Source: Malacoraja senta (taxonomy: Eukaryota). Taken from it: 64,000 nt of DNA. The position numbers were made by a program, and so were the translations under genes. The stretch lies in the NCBI GenBank assembly GCA_038087875.1, contig CM075977.1, positions 361,398,001 to 361,462,000 on the forward strand, written 5' to 3'. Below, piece by piece: positions 62,439-64,000 of the stretch (positions within the stretch are counted from its first letter, which is position 1; each line of letters starts with the position of its first letter). The notes beneath the pieces were generated by a model. The model did no database searches, was not told the DNA's origin, and saw only the letters and a program-made list of their open reading frames with translations.

Positions 62439-63257
62439 TTAAACGTACATCCAACTCCATAATAAAGGACTCTATTCCATTTGGATTCTTGATTACTTCC
62501 TGTGCCTAGGCAAATGCTTTTCATGATCTGTGGATATTCTTTCCCTTTTACTCCACCTCAGTCATTTTTTATCTTTATCTGATTTGAGATAAATGCCATT
62601 ATATTTTCCCGCTATAAAATGTATTTACCTTTGAATTACTGCTTTACTTGTCTCTGTCATTTTTATTTTCATATAACAGCTATATAGGTTATATAATCCT
62701 ATATGCTAATCTTTTAGCTTCCTTTGCTCTACTTTTCTTGAAACACAATATCACAAAATAACATTTATCTCCGATTAATTGAACCAATATTCCCAGCCCT
62801 GTGCAGCTCAAGATTTCCAGAAGTATTTGTGTAAAAGCTGAGACTGGGTTACATTACAATGAGATTCACCTCAAATGTCTAATCTAACCATTCAAGGTTT
62901 TCACAAAAACATCCAAGAGCAGGCATTAATGAAAGGTTTGCAATTTATACCCTGAACCCAATTTCATTGTCAGGCAAATATGGTAAGAAAAGCTATGGAA
63001 CAGACCACAATCCAAAAAGAAGATTTTCATGTGGAAGAGATTGCCGGATTCCCACAATTGTTGGTTGGAAGGAGGTAGGTGCTGGTGAGTTGGTGCAGAG
63101 ACTGAGATCTAGGGAAAGGATGTTCCAAGCAGAGGTCCGAGAAGCAGGAGAAGCTGACAAATGTCGGAAGTGCGGGATTGCAGGGTAACTGGTTGTGCAT
63201 GAAAAAACATTCTGGCTTTCCTGGTTTGCTAGCTAATTTATAAGGGAATTTAGCCAG

Positions 63258-63882
63258 CAGATCCATATCTTCTTAACACCATTCAACTCACCACGTAGAT
63301 CCAGCCTTCCTCAACACTGTTCAACTCATAGAGATGCAGCATGGAAACAGGACTTTCAGACCACTGAGTCCACACCGACCAGCGATCATCCTGTACACTA
63401 ACGCTATCCTACACACTCGGGACAATTTACAATTTTACCAAAGCTCATTAACCTACACACCTGTACTTCTTTGGAGTGTGGGGGGAAACTGGAGCTCCTG
63501 GAGAAAACTCACACGGTCATGGGGAGAATGTACAAACTCCATACAGACAACACCCGTGGTCAGGACCTGGGTCTCTGGTACTGTAAGGCAGCAGATCTAC
63601 CGCTGCGCCACTGTGCTGCCCACTCACTAGGTAAATTCAGCCCACCTCAACAACGTTCAACTCACAGGGTATATCCAATCCACCTTAACATATTCACCTC
63701 ACTGAGTAGTTTCAGCATTTCTCACCACTGTTCAAATTACTACATAGATCAAACCCTCCGTAACAACATCCAACTCACTGGATAGATTCTACCAACCTCA
63801 TGAATGTTCAACTCAGTGGGTAGATCCAGCCCTGCTCAACACTGGTCAACTCAATGCATAGATTCAGCCTTCCTTAGCACCT
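63258..63882. repeat. Degenerate 38-bp minisatellite (about 9 units) interrupted by a SINE
   Basis: Units resemble GTAGATCCAGCCTTCCTCAACACTGTTCAACTCACTGG. Confidence 0.82.
63329..63621 (-). mobile_element. HE1/V-SINE, full length
   Basis: 5-bp TSD ACTCA (63324-63328, 63622-63626); tRNA-like head GGGCAGCACAGTGGCGCAGCGGTAGA. Confidence 0.9.
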
Positions 63883-64000
63883 TTTATGTGTCGGGCTTCC
63901 CAAGACTGGATGGAGGGTCAGGATTTTAATAGAACCTTGGAGAAAGGAATGCATGGACCTTCCCTAACAGGGTACCGGCTATGTTTAGTCTTTGATGAAA

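Noticed and set aside
63258-63882. CRISPR-like array
   Set aside because: Head-to-tail degenerate units without unique spacers, in vertebrate DNA.
1-64000. Host protein-coding genes among the listed ORFs
   Set aside because: All recognisable ORFs are transposon fragments or their antisense shadows; the rest lack motifs. Small spliced exons cannot be excluded by eye.

Overview
Repeat-rich, apparently non-coding (intronic or intergenic) vertebrate DNA. The repeat set (HE1/V-SINE-type tRNA SINEs sharing a 3' end with CR1/HER1-type LINEs, Rex1/Babar, Penelope, DeuSINE relics) indicates a cartilaginous fish, most likely a skate or ray (inference). I find no host protein-coding gene, rRNA, true tRNA or CRISPR; every recognisable ORF is a transposon fragment (CR1, Rex1/Babar and RTE reverse transcriptase, Penelope GIY-YIG, Gypsy-type integrase). 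Three N gaps all fall inside DNA-transposon-derived sequence. Best leads: (1) a 139-bp TSD-flanked retroposon (54570-54708, minus) whose first 54 nt fold into a minimal HDV-like ribozyme, with the element boundary exactly at the predicted cleavage G; (2) a lone Gypsy-type integrase bracketed by 160-bp TGT...ACA inverted repeats and a probable TSD (33516-34648), resembling a Ginger-like element; (3) many Penelope-derived short repeats carrying a minimal hammerhead motif, often as fold-back pairs; (4) a telomeric (TAACCC)n tract replacing 5 bp inside a Harbinger MITE terminal repeat. All alignments and folds were done by eye; repeat boundaries without a stated TSD are approximate and family names come from recognition, not database searches.
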